Shown here piece after piece: positions 16,024-31,705 of a DNA stretch of 64,000 bases (position 1 is its first letter; each line of letters opens with the position of its first letter). The notes below the pieces were generated by a model. The model was not told the origin of the DNA, searched no databases, and worked only from the letters and a program-made list of their open reading frames with translations. The DNA comes from Chrysomallon squamiferum. Its lineage: Eukaryota; Animalia; Mollusca. A program made the translations under genes and the position numbers. The stretch lies in the NCBI GenBank assembly GCA_012295275.1, contig CM022676.1, positions 4,712,001 to 4,776,000 of the forward strand. The letters run 5' to 3'.

Positions 16024-16523
16024 CTTCTTCTTCTTCTTCTTAAATTTTTTTTTTACCATGCGTATATCTTTTTTATTGAAAGTCTTTTTATTTGTTGTTT
16101 ATTTATTTATTTATTTATTTATTTACGTGTTTACCTGTTTATTTAATTATTAATTAATTACTTTATTTATTTATCTATCTATCTATCTATCTATCCATTT
16201 ATTTGTTTGTTTATTTTTATTTCATTATTAATTACTTTATTTATTTATTTATTTATTCATTTATTTATTTATTTGTTTCCATTTGTTTGTTTATTTGCCT
16301 GTTCATTCATTCATTTAAGACTGGTTTCGTTCTCATAGACGTTTATAATTTAACTTAATGACAAAAAATGTCGCAGACCATTTTAAAGAGCCACATTCAA
16401 ATTTTCTTTTATATTATTTTAATTTTTAATTTTATTTCTGCTTTTGTTCGAATCTTAGTCTTATAATTTACTTTATATATTTTACTCATCTAATTATGAT
16501 TTTCGTCCACGCGAATGTTTAAC

Positions 16524-16556
<33 letters not shown>

Positions 16557-17163
16557 CTGTCTGTCTGTTTGTGTTTGTGTGTGTGTGTATATTTATTTCC
16601 GTGTACAGTAAAATATATACCATAATGTTTTATAAACAAAGCATCCACGTAATTTCAAAAGGTATTTAAAGACGAAAATAGATGAATGGACCAAATTGGC
16701 CACTAAGCCGATTTGAACCTGCTGACTAACACGCCTGAGACGCATACTACGTCATTAGACTAAGCTCGTTCCGTGGCCTGGTTTGTATCTCCAGCTGCAG
16801 TAATCTGTTTGACTTCCCAACAATACCGGAGGGAAAACTCTCTCCTTGGACATGTAAGAAACTGACGAAATGAGAGTCGTAGATCGTGCGAAGAATACCG
16901 AAGTACGAATAAATCCGAGAGTGTACGGAGACAAACGAACTGGAACTCGTTGAACGTCTGCAGAATGACAAACTCGACTAACTGAATCTAGCTGGAGATG
17001 AAGTACGTAGATAATAATTACCAAATGCGATCAAGTCCGGAGAGTGACGAAGTGTGAAAAATTAAGGCGACTAATTCGGTTACGGAGATTACCGAAGTAT
17101 TGTTAACGTCTATTCATTTACGGAAAATAACGAAAGGGAATAAATTTTTTTTTTTTTTTTTTT

Positions 17164-17210
<47 letters not shown>

Positions 17211-17330
17211 TTATATTTAACATTATAAAAAAGATATTTTTGATTTCCATCTGCAGTGATATATAACTTCCTGTCCTATAAGGAAATAATATTAACCATA
17301 AAAAAATGATTACTAAATTAGTTTATTAAA

Positions 17331-17363
<33 letters not shown>

Positions 17364-18010
17364 GACAGACTTACAAAAAACCAAAATCGTACATCTTCGG
17401 AATATGCACGCCACGCTGGCGAAGAATCCCGATCAAAATTAAAAACATCAACCGGAAATGTACGAACATTTCCGAAAACATAGGTTACTTCTAGTACACA
17501 TAATGTCATCGACGTGTTTTACTGTGCGGTCAGATTTAGACGAGCCGACCCGAACGAACTCGGCCATTTTCGGACAGAAGAAATGAAATGTTCGTTTGCA
17601 GTAAATGACGGCTTAACGAACCTTTTCAAACACAACTGTTACAGCGAGTGAAATAAGGTTACAGAGATATACGAGGATTCGGTTTAGCGAATTTTGAATA
17701 AGTTAGTGAGTGCTAGTGTACTTTCAACATTAACTGTAGTGTGTGGTACCAATGTTTGTGAGGTTTTGTTTTGTATAGTTAGCAAGAACGAATGAAAGAA
17801 AGAGCGGAAAAAGGAAAGACAGAATGAATAAATGGACGAATGAGAGGATTTTTTTTTTTTTTTTTTTGTAAGTTATGTTTGAAATTGTATTATTAGCTTT
17901 AATAACAGTAGTTTGCAAAAAAAATTTTTATATATGTATATCTGTTTGTTTATATTTATCTATCTATCTTTCTATCTGTCTATCTATCTATCTATCTTTC
18001 TATCTGTCTA

Positions 18011-18062
<52 letters not shown>

Positions 18063-18331
18063 TATAGATATATGAAATGAATGAAAGAGAATGAATAAAT
18101 GAGAGAACGACAGGATATATATGTTTGAAGGCTTATTTTGAAACAAGTAACTATATTACAAATAAATGTTGTTTGTGAAATGGTAGAACTGAAAAGATTG
18201 AAAGAAAGACCGAAGGACGAATACAGGAAAGAATGGCAAATATTTTTTTTATGTAGAAAACCCCCCAGATAGAAAGAAAATAGAATGAAAAAGATTTCAC
18301 GATTTAAAGAAGCAACGAATAAAATACAGAT

Positions 18332-18406
<75 letters not shown>

Positions 18407-18490
18407 TAGAACAGAAATGTCGTTTCCGAAAAAATCCAAAATTAAAATAAAAATTATGAAACCGCAGTCGGAAAACGAACATTTATTATT

Positions 18491-18523
<33 letters not shown>

Positions 18524-18859
18524 GCACAGTAATAATAAACACTTTACTGATCATTTCAAACACCATTCTTTCTCCCTTTCTTTTCGTCTCAAAATCGCCA
18601 TTTTTTATAAAAAAAAAAAAACCCCCCCCAGCCCATTACCAACACCCCCAACGCTTCGCAAGAAAATCGTCGCTCTCGTCCCCCCACACGCTCACCCACC
18701 CGTCCGTCCCTCATCCCTCATCCCCCGCCCGATGTGACGAAATTATTTTGCATCTGTGATTCTCGTTTTTACCTTCCCCCCCTCAGCCACCACCACACAC
18801 CACACACCGCACACCGGTGTAACGTTGTTTTTTTGTGTCTTGTTTTACAGAATACAAAA

Positions 18860-19030
18860 TGGACGCTGTTTCGAAGCGGCTCGCGAGACAGCTCGCGCAC
18901 TGACGCGCGGGCGATACACACAACCAGTGGACGATTGGCTGGGCATGATTCCTATACGGCCGTTGCCCGAGCAGACGACACTAGGATAAGCGGTAGCAGA
19001 CGACAGACAGTTGATGTTGTTGGTACAGGG
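18860..19030 (+). promoter_or_regulatory. CpG-rich candidate promoter / transcription start region of SPR
   Basis: Dense CpG cluster preceded by C-rich tracts and followed by UTR-like sequence. A consensus GTAAGT donor at 20196 could join the acceptor at 22881. Confidence 0.35.
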
Positions 19031-19446
19031 ATTTTTACCCCTTCATAGCTTGTGTTGTGTTTTTTTGTTTGTTTTTATTTTTCTCTCACTTGGATTCCTC
19101 GCTCGCTCGACGAGATAGAGATATATATATAGAGATATATATATATAACGTGTGGTTCTGTACAACTGAAGAAGACAGGAGAAAAGGACGGGAGATTGAT
19201 CTAAATGTATCGCCAACGTCATATCGCCGACGTCTCCTACAGAGACGAGGACTTTCAACATCGTCTTAAGTTTCAAGTTTGTTTCGTGGAGTAACCTTTA
19301 AGCGGAAAAGAAAAAAAGAAAGAAAGAAAAAGATTGAAAAGTTATCACCGAATTTTTCTCAGTGATTGAACAATTCTGGAGTGTGTGTTATTTTACCGAT
19401 AAAAAAAAAAAAAAAAAAAATCTTGTTTGGATCTTCTTCTTCATTG

Positions 19447-19494
<48 letters not shown>

Positions 19495-20394
19495 GTGTTA
19501 TTACAAAAAGCAACATCAAACGTGCTTCAGTCAAAAGAGCAACTTTCCGGATTTTTTGGAAAAATACTCGTTAACATAAAAGGAAGAAGAAAAGAGGGTA
19601 CATTTCAAAAAACTTGTTCCCTATGTTTAGGACTTACGTGAAACATACGAGACATTCAAACGATTATTTCATAAACACCAACACAGTGAAAACCGGAGAA
19701 AAAAACGAAAAAAAAAAATTCCAAAAAAAAAAAAAAAAAAACGGGTGAAAAATAATAAATATTTAAAATGTGGATTAATGTAGATAAACAAGACAAACTA
19801 AATGTGTTCTGTAAACACATTAATCTATACCAGGATTAGCAAAACTGAATAATTAACCTGTGTAACGTTAGATATGGATTTGATAAAATACCATTCAGAA
19901 AACAAGCGTAGGAAGATACGTTAATTAAACGGACGTAGAAATGAATTCACTGCAACATCGATGAAACACAGAAGTTTACGCGAAGCATTACGTCTATCGT
20001 TAACTACGTCATTTTTCGAAACCGGACGAAATATCTGCCGAAATGTTTTCCGTGTAGATTTTCTTTCAAATATGTGTTTGTGAAATAGAGAGAAAACAAA
20101 AAAGATATGGTAAATATTCATTCAGTTATACCAAATGTGTATTAAAAAAAACACAACTGAAATGTTGAGTATATTCTTGGATTACTTGAATACATGTAAG
20201 TACCTTTATATTTTTTTTTATTTTTTATTTTATTTTTTTTTTTTTTGAACATTATATTTATTATTAATGATTTTGTTAACGTAGTAGTTGTTATTACTGT
20301 CGTCGTTAATATAATGTTTTAAATTATCACTGTCGCTGTTATTGTTACTATTCATACTACAACAACAACATCAATATATATTATAAACAACAAC

Positions 20395-20400
20395 AGCACA

Positions 20401-20434
<34 letters not shown>

Positions 20435-21125
20435 GTTGTTAACACTAGTAGTTATAGTAGTAGTAGCAGTAGTTGTAGCAGTAGCAGTAGTACTGGTAGG
20501 AATAGTATCACAATTAATTGGTGTAACAGTTGTTGCGTTTGTTGCTAATAATTTCTTCTTTTTTTTAATTATTATTATCATTGTTATTCTTACAACTAAT
20601 ATTACAACATCAACATCGAATATTATTGCAACTGAATTACACATACTAATACTAATAGTAAAACTACTACAGTTATTATTATTGTTGTTGTTGCTGTTGC
20701 TGCTATTGTTACCGCTAATACGTTTATCGTCACTTATCCTTATTACAACTACTACAGCCACCACCACCACTACTACTACTACTACCACTACTACTACTAC
20801 CATTATTATCATCATCATCATTATTATTATCATCATCAGCAACAGCAGCAGCAATATCATTATTACCACCATTATTATTATTATTGTCATTACTGTTGTT
20901 ACCGTCATCACTACTACTGCTACTACTATCACCACTACTGCAGCTACTACTACAACTACTTTAGTGCAACTGCTACCACTCATTTACTACTACTACTATC
21001 ACTATTATGTTTATGACTACTACTACTATTCATACTATTATAATGTTATTATTAGTATTATTATTACCATCATCATTATCATCATCGTCATAATAATGAT
21101 GATCATCATCATTATTATTTAGCAT
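20395..21125. repeat. Compound trinucleotide microsatellite (TAC/TAG/ATT/ATC)
   Basis: Direct inspection. Confidence 0.9.
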
Positions 21126-21689
21126 CATTCACTTCAGAATTAAATTCCATCGTGTTCTTTTATTTATATTTTATCATTTTCTATTTTTTTATTGTTCTTT
21201 TTTAACATGAAAAAAAAAGAAGAATAAAAAAAATAGAAAAAATTGTCATTCATTCATTTCATTTCATTTATTTATTGTTATTTTTTTTTACTTTATTTTT
21301 AATAGTTCTGTAAAAGAATTAATAATAAATATTAAAACAATATATAAAAAAGTAGTCATTCATTCATTTATTTCATTTATTTATTGTTTTTTTTTTAGTT
21401 TATTTTTAATAGTTCTGTGAACAGAATTAACAATAAAACAACAAATATACTTGTTTACTAATTTTCACGTCTATATTTAATTATAACAACCTTTACGTGT
21501 AGCAAAACGTCTTTTGCAGAGTGCATTATTTTTACAATAAAGATATCTATGCTACTATATTTTTAATGTTTGTTCAATAAACCTTTAAACATTTCTCAGA
21601 TAAACAATAAATAATTTATATCTACAGCAAATACAAGCATTGATCGCTTAGTTACTGTTCGGTTTGTGTTTCTTTTGTTTTATACATAC

Positions 21690-22590
<901 letters not shown>

Positions 22591-22881
22591 TACAGTATAG
22601 TATAGCTTTATTCAAACAGTTTTCGTTCTGTCTAGTCATATGTTTGTGATTTTACGTATAATGTATTCCTCGCCTGGAACAGAAAACTGTTACAAAATGT
22701 GTTGTGTTTTTGTTTGTTTTCACTGTCCATTTATTCAAATATTGAATTATTAATAAAATTTTGTAAAATATATAGTTATTTATAACACGCATGTTGTTAA
22801 CAATTTTCATTTACTAATTTCGTTTATTTACGGTACGTGAAAAATAATTTAATTTCGTTTACCTCTTTCGTTTAATTCCAG

Positions 22882-23227
22882 AAAATTAAATCTCTGAAGC
22901 GGAAGCGAATCTCAAGCATTGCTTGTCTGCTTTGGATTAACTCAGAGAGTGTTTGGAAAAAACAAACAGAACTTGTCTTGAAGTCATCACAGATCAAGGC
23001 TTTCGTGTTATCAGTCCCAGAAAACGTGAGCAGGTGTGATTAACCCAGACGTCTGTTCGTCCGGAATATATGACGTCATCACTGTGAAATCATTCTCGTG
23101 GATTACATATTGGGAAAAAAAAAAAAAAAAATCAATGATTATTTAAAAAAAAAAAATTATAATAATTACAAAAAAATTCTTACAAAGAAGAAGAAAGGGA
23201 AAAAAAAAAACAAAATCAAACATCATT
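22882..23227 (+). other. Probable 5'UTR part of the SPR coding exon
   Basis: Polypyrimidine tract and acceptor (tttacctctttcgtttaattccag) ending at 22881, followed by non-repetitive sequence up to the ATG. Confidence 0.5.
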
Positions 23228-24451
23228 ATGATTAATAACTACAGCAGTATATATTCCAGCAACGACACAACGTCGCTCGGGTACAACAACAACAACAACA
23301 ACTACGACGTCGGCGAGCACGCGGACGTCAACGGCAGCATGGGAGGACCGCCAGAAATGTACCTGTACCTGCCGGATTTGTACCCGGGAACGTACTCGGT
23401 GCCGATCAACGGGTACATCTCGCCTATACTAGTCTTGCTGACGATCTTCAATAACACCCTGGTGTGTGTTGTCCTGCTGAAGCGGCACATGCGCTCTCCG
23501 ACCAACGTCCTGCTGTCCGCCATGGCCATCTCGGACATGATGACGGGCGTGTTTCCCGTTCCAATTTTCGTTTACTTGTTCGGGACGGAGAAGTTCAACG
23601 ACTACGTCCCTTACGACTGGTGCTTCGCCTACAAGTACCTCGCGGAGTACATCCCCATCATCTTTCACACGGCCTCCATCTGGCTGACGATGGCGCTGGC
23701 CGTGCAGCGCTACATCTACGTCTGCCACTCGTTCAAGGCGCGGACGTGGTGCACGATTCCCAACGTCATACGCGGCACCGTGGCCATCTACGTCGTGGCG
23801 GTGCTGAGCCAGCTGAGCCACTTCTTCGAGCACGAGTTCAAACCAGCCGTCGTGCCCTCCCGCGTCAAGGAGAACGCGACGGTCACGACGTGCGCCATCC
23901 TGACGAAGCCGTGGCTGAAGGACATCATGAACATCTACTACAACATATACTTCTGGTTCCGTGTCATTTTCATTCACCTCGTCCCGTGCATTTCGCTCGT
24001 CGTCATGAACGCGCTGCTCATCTACGCGATGCGGTGCGCCCAAAAAAGGAGGATGCAACTGCTGCGGCAGAACAAGAAATCAGAGTCGAAGAAGCTCAAG
24101 GACAGCAACTGCACCACTCTGATGCTTGTCGCCGTGGTGGGCCTTTTTTTACTGGTGGAATTCCCGCTCGGAATACTGATGATAATCTCCATCATAACCA
24201 ACACGTTTCAGATCTACCTGGTCGAGGAGGAGACGTTGAACTTGCTGTCGTTTGTGTCGAACTTCTGCATCCTGCTGAGCTACCCGCTCAATTTTTTTAT
24301 TTACTGCGGAATGAGCAAGCAGTTCCGCGAGACGTTCAAACGTCTGTTCACCGGCGGAGCGCCCCCTATCGAGCGAGACTACTCCCAATATATGACTCTT
24401 CCCACGGAGAACGGGAAAACCGCCGTCACAGGCGATGAGACAGCGTTGTGA
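23228..24451 (+). CDS. SPR: Class A GPCR, sex peptide receptor / myoinhibitory peptide (allatostatin-B) receptor family, 407 aa, single coding exon
   Basis: Intact ORF with 7 hydrophobic segments and N-terminal N-glycosylation sequons (NYS, NDT, NGS). Family-typical motifs: MRSPTN..L..MA.SD (TM2), HT.S.WLT.ALAVQRYIYVCH...ARTWCT (TM3, QRY in place of DRY), YFWFRVIF.HLVPC (TM5), LLVEFP (TM6), SYPLNFFIYCGMSKQFRETF (TM7/H8). Strong GC3 codon bias against AT-rich flanks. Confidence 0.93.
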   Translation: MINNYSSIYSSNDTTSLGYNNNNNNYDVGEHADVNGSMGGPPEMYLYLPDLYPGTYSVPINGYISPILVLLTIFNNTLVCVVLLKRHMRSPTNVLLSAMAISDMMTGVFPVPIFVYLFGTEKFNDYVPYDWCFAYKYLAEYIPIIFHTASIWLTMALAVQRYIYVCHSFKARTWCTIPNVIRGTVAIYVVAVLSQLSHFFEHEFKPAVVPSRVKENATVTTCAILTKPWLKDIMNIYYNIYFWFRVIFIHLVPCISLVVMNALLIYAMRCAQKRRMQLLRQNKKSESKKLKDSNCTTLMLVAVVGLFLLVEFPLGILMIISIITNTFQIYLVEEETLNLLSFVSNFCILLSYPLNFFIYCGMSKQFRETFKRLFTGGAPPIERDYSQYMTLPTENGKTAVTGDETAL

Positions 24452-24820
24452 AATGACGTCATAAAGGTTTCGACGTCATTAAAAAAAAAAAAGTTTATTT
24501 CATAAGTGTCGTATGCCATACACATTATGTGTGTATATGTATATATATATATATAAAAAAAAAACACAAACTCAAAACATGCGCAGTTACACACGTATAT
24601 ATATATGTACACACGCGCGCGTATGTATGTATAATGAGCATTTAATAATGTCTGTGTGTATGAATAATATGAATCTATATATAAAATTATAAAAAAAAAA
24701 AAAAAAAAAGTGTACATTTTCATATATAAATATATTTGCAAATTACAAGGCTTGATAATAAGTTTAACGCTTAATAAATAATTGGCTAAATATTGACAGC
24801 TTTTTTTATCTTTTTATTTT

Positions 24821-24861
<41 letters not shown>

Positions 24862-24879
24862 AATTTTACTGATGTAGTC

Positions 24880-24994
24880 ATTATTATTATAACGATGATT
24901 GTTCTTATTATTATTATCATCATCATTATTGTTCTTGTTATTATTACAATTATTATCATCATTTTTCTTATTATTATCATAATTCTTATTGTTA

Positions 24995-25074
<80 letters not shown>

Positions 25075-25473
25075 TACGAGCCAATATTTTCAGTTTTCTA
25101 TTCTTTGTAACCACAATAACCTTATATATATTTTACATACCCTGATTATTATTGTTAAAATTAATTAATCATTTTTTTATTATTATTCTTCTTTTTTTTT
25201 TTTTTTTTTTTTGACTGTAGCTTTTTAACTATGGACCATAAATATATATATATATATACAATATAAATAAAATATTATCTACCAACCATACTTAATCGGA
25301 TATTGCTTTCTTCTTTATCATTGTCGTTGTCGTAGTCATATTCCTCGCGGTTTTAATGCTGCGACAAAACAACAACCCTGTATCAACATCTGTCTTATGG
25401 ATTCGTTTAATGATATCTTTTCTACTTTAGCACAGGCTACACGTCACAGGTTCTGTTGTTATGATGTCTATTC

Positions 25474-25543
<70 letters not shown>

Positions 25544-25544
25544 G

Positions 25545-25590
<46 letters not shown>

Positions 25591-25657
25591 CATTACTATT
25601 ATTATTAATATTGTTATTTGGTTCTAATTTTATTTTTATTGTTATCATCATTATCAA

Positions 25658-25694
<37 letters not shown>

Positions 25695-25856
25695 GTTATC
25701 AATATTATTATTATTTTACTATTATTACTTTATTATTATTATTATTATTGTTATAATCATTAACATTGTTCTTATTCTTTTTATTGTCATTTATAATGTT
25801 ACTGTTACTGTTGTTGTTATTATTAATACTACTATTAACATTACTGTTATTATTGC

Positions 25857-25894
<38 letters not shown>

Positions 25895-26108
25895 TATCAT
25901 TATTATTATTAATATTATTACACAGTTATTTGATTCTAATTTTATTTTTATTATTATCATCATTATCAATATTATTATTATTAATATTATTATTATCAAT
26001 ATTATTATTATTATTATTATTATTATACATTATCATTATTATTAATATTAATATTATTACACACTTATTTGATTCTAATTTTATTTTTATTATTATCATC
26101 ATTATCAA

Positions 26109-26175
<67 letters not shown>
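24880..26175. repeat. Long (ATT)n-rich low-complexity region
   Basis: Direct inspection; interrupted by about 380 nt of unique sequence. Confidence 0.85.
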
Positions 26176-26423
26176 CGCTTACTGATATTAATACAGGTGT
26201 CTAAATATCGCATAATTGCAACGTCTCTGTTTTTTGACAAGGATATGTGGTTACGTTCTCAAGTTATCTTAACATCCATATATCAATAATAAACCAAATC
26301 GTTTGCCTTCTGTACTTGCATTTTCTTGTAGATCATTTTCTGCCAATATATTTTACAACCATGTTCCGTGACATTCCGTCTCGGTGAAATTTATTAATTA
26401 TTCACAAACTTGGCAAAAGAAAA

Positions 26424-26454
<31 letters not shown>

Positions 26455-26636
26455 GAATTCGGATTGCAAAGATTAAGAAATGTTAAATGATAATTCAGTT
26501 TGCAAAATGTAAAGAGATTTTGAAAGAAAATGTAAACGATAAAATGACGTTTAGATCGTAAGTACTAACGATAAAATTTCGTTTAGACGTAAGAATTACA
26601 TACAGACGTTAAAACTGTGAGTGAACTTTAAAAACG

Positions 26637-26682
<46 letters not shown>

Positions 26683-26729
26683 AAATGAAGTATGCACTTT
26701 AAAACGTAGAAAAGTTAGAACAATCTAAA

Positions 26730-27140
26730 GACGTTACCACTACGTATAGACGTTAAAACCATGCGTAAATATTAAAATGATGTAACGACTTTACAACGAT
26801 ATTTAGATATTACCATGACGTATAGACGTTAAAATGACGTAACGACTTTACAAGGATATTTAGATATTACCATGACGTATAGACGTTAAAATGACGTAAC
26901 GACTTTACAAGGATATTTAGATATTACCATGACGTATAGACGTTAAAATGACGAAACGACTTTACAGGGATATTTAGATATCACCATGACGTATAGACGT
27001 TAATATGACGATTTTACAAGGATATTTAGATATTACCATGACGTATAGACGTTAATATGACGATTTTACAAGGATATTTAGATGTTACCATGACGTATAG
27101 ACGTTAATATGACGATTTTACAAGGATATTTAGATGTTAT
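26730..27140. repeat. 57/52-bp minisatellite downstream of SPR
   Basis: ACCATGACGTATAGACGTTAA anchors at 26812, 26869, 26926, 26983, 27035 and 27087, with degenerate copies on the left. Confidence 0.9.
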
Positions 27141-27770
27141 AGTGATCTATAGAGTTTTAAAACAAACCACGTATTGACTTCAAAACTAACTCTAGCCGTT
27201 GTGTGCCTAAAACAGTATTTGCTATTAATATTAATAACCATGTACAATGTAACTGAATGTCAGTTAGATAACGTTACGCATGTTACTTTAATTATTTAAA
27301 GCTTGTCTGTTTAATGTTTCGTTATGTATACAAATCCTTCATGTGTGGTCTGTCAGTTTGTCTGTAATCAAATGTAAATTTTGGTGTATATATTAGTGTC
27401 TACATACATAAATCAAACAAACACAGACACACGTATACACATAGACACATCCATACACATATACGCTCATCACGTGCACACACACATACAGATTCATGAA
27501 TACATACATATATTCCTACATACATATGCATTTCCATATCCCTATATACGAGCATATAATGCATACACGTACACATAAATACATATACATAAATAGGTTT
27601 ACACATATACATAAACATTTGCCTACATACGTACACATACAAAAACACACATAAAACACGTACATGTACACACTCATATACGTACACATAAACACGCATA
27701 GAAATAAAATACATACAGATACACACACACACACAAACATACACGGATATGTATGTCCTTATTTACGTTC

Positions 27771-27833
<63 letters not shown>

Positions 27834-28224
27834 CATACACATACATGCACAGATGTTTTTCTGTTCCTTTTTTTTTTTTTTTTTTATAAATACCCACTCA
27901 CAACAAAGAAAAATATCAAAACCAACAGCAGACCTCGGACAAGCTGTTGCCTATAAGTGGTACCGTATTAGCGTCATTTTTCCAATACCAGCTCTAATCT
28001 ACAATTATCTAAAATTGGAAGCACACTCTCCCATATCATTTACTCCATAAAGTAGCACAGAAAAATAACACAGAGCCCGAAATAGTACGTACGTCTATGT
28101 TAATTTTATTGGTACGTATATCTATTGTGTAGACGAAAGTAAGTTAAAACGTGGTTATTTGTTCGTGTGTTTGTGGTTTGAGAGTGTGTTTTTAATGGTT
28201 TAGAAAATGTATGCTGAAAAATGG

Positions 28225-28372
28225 TATGATGATGATGATGATGATGATGTTGATAATGATGATGATAATGACAGTAATAAGAATAATTATAATAACATTA
28301 ACAAAAATAATAATAATAATAATTGTTTCATTACCATCATCAGTATCACTATTATTATTATTATTGTTGTTG

Positions 28373-28443
<71 letters not shown>

Positions 28444-28444
28444 G

Positions 28445-28523
<79 letters not shown>

Positions 28524-28538
28524 TATTATTCATATTAC

Positions 28539-28615
<77 letters not shown>

Positions 28616-28759
28616 CTATTATTATTATTATTGTTATTATTATTATTATTGATGTTATTATTGTTATTAGTATTATTATTATTATTATTGATATTATTAT
28701 TATTATTATTATTATTATTGATATTATTATTATTAATATATTATCATCAGCATCATATC

Positions 28760-28814
<55 letters not shown>

Positions 28815-28815
28815 T
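28225..28815. repeat. (GAT)n/(ATT)n microsatellite of about 600 nt
   Basis: Direct inspection. Confidence 0.92.
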
Positions 28816-29062
28816 TTATTCTCAACTTCGTCTATCATCTTCAGGCTAATCACCTTGATATGATTCATATTGTAATGTAGATATAAGGCTCGGAAATATA
28901 ACAGAACGATATCCTGGGAAAAGTGCCCAAATGTCCAACCAGCAATAAAGCGTCATTATCTACTCCCACTCATATGCAGTAATAATAACACTTGCATATG
29001 TACGAAAAGACAGTTATTTGTATCTTGGAGAGATACGTACGAGTCTATTAACATAAACCTAT

Positions 29063-29116
<54 letters not shown>

Positions 29117-29239
29117 CGTAAGTGCGTGTGTGCGTATGTGTTTATAGGTTATTCTGCGTTTATAGCCGAGGGTTCACAAATATGTGGTTTGTTTTGATTC
29201 ACATTACATATCGATAACACTCCATTTGTGGCTTTTCTT

Positions 29240-29273
<34 letters not shown>

Positions 29274-29417
29274 ATTTGTTGACGTGACTGTGCCGAGTCC
29301 GAGTCACACATTTCATCAACGAAGAATGACGAAGAATGACGAAGATGAAGCCACACAAAATAAATTACTTTTATTTCCCCTCCGCTACCGCAGGGATGAT
29401 ACGAGTGTGCGTGCGTG

Positions 29418-29455
<38 letters not shown>

Positions 29456-29462
29456 TGCGTGC

Positions 29463-29503
<41 letters not shown>

Positions 29504-29666
29504 GGGGTTTCATGGCTGCATAATTATTTTAGTTCACTATAGTCATAATTCTGTTTCATTTATAACGAGAAAGAGTGACCCTTACGGGTTTCTTCTCTAG
29601 TCATCGGGAGGGGGTATCCAGTATATTTCCGACGCTCTAAAACCGTAAATAATAATAATAATAATA

Positions 29667-29735
<69 letters not shown>

Positions 29736-30286
29736 TAGTTAATTAGTTAATTAATTCAGTAATTAATAAATAAAAAAATCCAGTGTAAAATAAATCTCAA
29801 GTTTCCTATGCACGTTTTTTTTTTTTTTTTTTTTTATTTAGAAACCAGGATGAGACAACTAACATTAGTTTTTGAATCAGAAATAAATTTAATGAGCAAA
29901 CAAAAAAAAAATAATAATAATAATAACAACAAAAATAAATAACTCGGTTGAGTTATAAATTATAAATATAAACTGAGTTGGCAGACATTTCTCACCTATC
30001 ATGTCTAATGAGAATCAAGTAATTAACTCTGTGTGGCCTCGAGTAAGACTAGACTGTTACAGATTATCATTACAGTGATTTACAACAGTTGCATTATCGT
30101 AAACAAGCTCTGGTATTAGGATAATGTGTAACATGTGTTTCTAATGCTTACATAACAACCGTCTTAAATCAAAACTGTTTTTGCTAGTAATTTGTACTTT
30201 TTTTCTCTGTCTTTCTCGTCTGTCCATCTCTCTCCCTCTTTATAGCTGTCTTTCTCTATATAGCTATATATCTATATATGTATGTG

Positions 30287-30362
<76 letters not shown>

Positions 30363-31616
30363 TGTGTGTCTCTCTCTCTTTTTGTTTGACTGGCTGTCCC
30401 ATCTATCTATCTCTTTTTCTCTCTCTATCGATCTCTCTATCGATCTCTCTTTCTATCTCTCACTCTTCCTTCATCCAAATTCTCATTCTTCCGTCCGTCT
30501 TAAATTATTTTAACGGAATAGTTCATAGCACAAGGGAAATAACTCTTAAAAACCTGTCAAGACATAAACACGTTCCGAAGAAACCTTACTAGACATTAAA
30601 ATTTATTTATACCGTTAATTTTCCTTCTAAAAATATCAAAGAGAAAGGGTAAAAACATCACGAAAACAAATTGAAAAAAAAAATTGAAAAATTTTAAACG
30701 ATTCTCGAACAAAAATAAACGAAGAACTCGTATTCCCATGGACTGTAATCAGACGCAATTAAAAACCAAACGACTGAAACTTTATCTTTGTTGCGCACAG
30801 CGAAAAAGTTAAAAAGAATAAGAAAACACAAAGAACCAGTCTTGAAGAAAAAAAGAATTTCATTTTGTGACAGCGGTGTCGGATTTCGCCAACTGGCTGT
30901 TTTTTTTATTTTTTTTTTTTTTATTTTTTTTTTTTTTTTTTTTTTCAAGGCACGTAACTCAGACACAGTTTTATTTGTTGGCTTGTGTCGTCCGTTTTCG
31001 CTCTAAGAAAAATAGATTTGGTTGTTGTTTTGTTTGTGTATTTTTTCTTTCTTTTTCTTCTTTTTTTTAACGTTTTTTTTTTAAATGCTGTTGTTCTTTT
31101 TTTTTTTGTTATTGTTGTTGTCGTTGTTTTGTTTTTTGTTTTCTATGGATTTTTGGGGGGTTGTTGTTATATATATATATATATAATTTTAATGGATGTA
31201 CTTTTGTCTATATATCCATCTAGACATTTATCCATTCATCCATCTATCTCTCTCTCTGTCTTCTGTCTTTCTTTCTGTTTATGAGTATGTATATACATCT
31301 TCACACACATACACACGCATACATAGGAAAGCTAAAAAATGCTAAGGTATTTTTGAAATTAAAACTCCATTACAGTACCCATGATGAAATATATAAGCCA
31401 TTGTAGTCAGTTCAAGAAACGATGCTAAAATTAGACGCATTTTTGAATTGTTTACACGTCACAGTATATAAAATTATCATATTGTTTACCTTAACCAATA
31501 TGTATATGAAATTATCTAAGACAAATAAAATCGCATTGATTTTTCAATTCTACGTTAGTATTCAAATTTAGAATATATTTTACAGTAATAATGTTCAGTT
31601 TAAGACAATGAGAGGC

Positions 31617-31705
<89 letters not shown>

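Noticed and set aside
23464-24438. 324-aa alternative-frame ORF and 209-aa antisense ORF (23429-24058) overlapping SPR
   Set aside because: Expected by-products of strong GC3 bias, which removes stops from other frames. The Arg/His/Pro-rich translations resemble no known family.
26730-27140. CRISPR-like appearance of the regular arrays (also 51171-51380 and 53648-53925)
   Set aside because: Units are contiguous with no unique spacers, there are no cas genes, and the context is eukaryotic.
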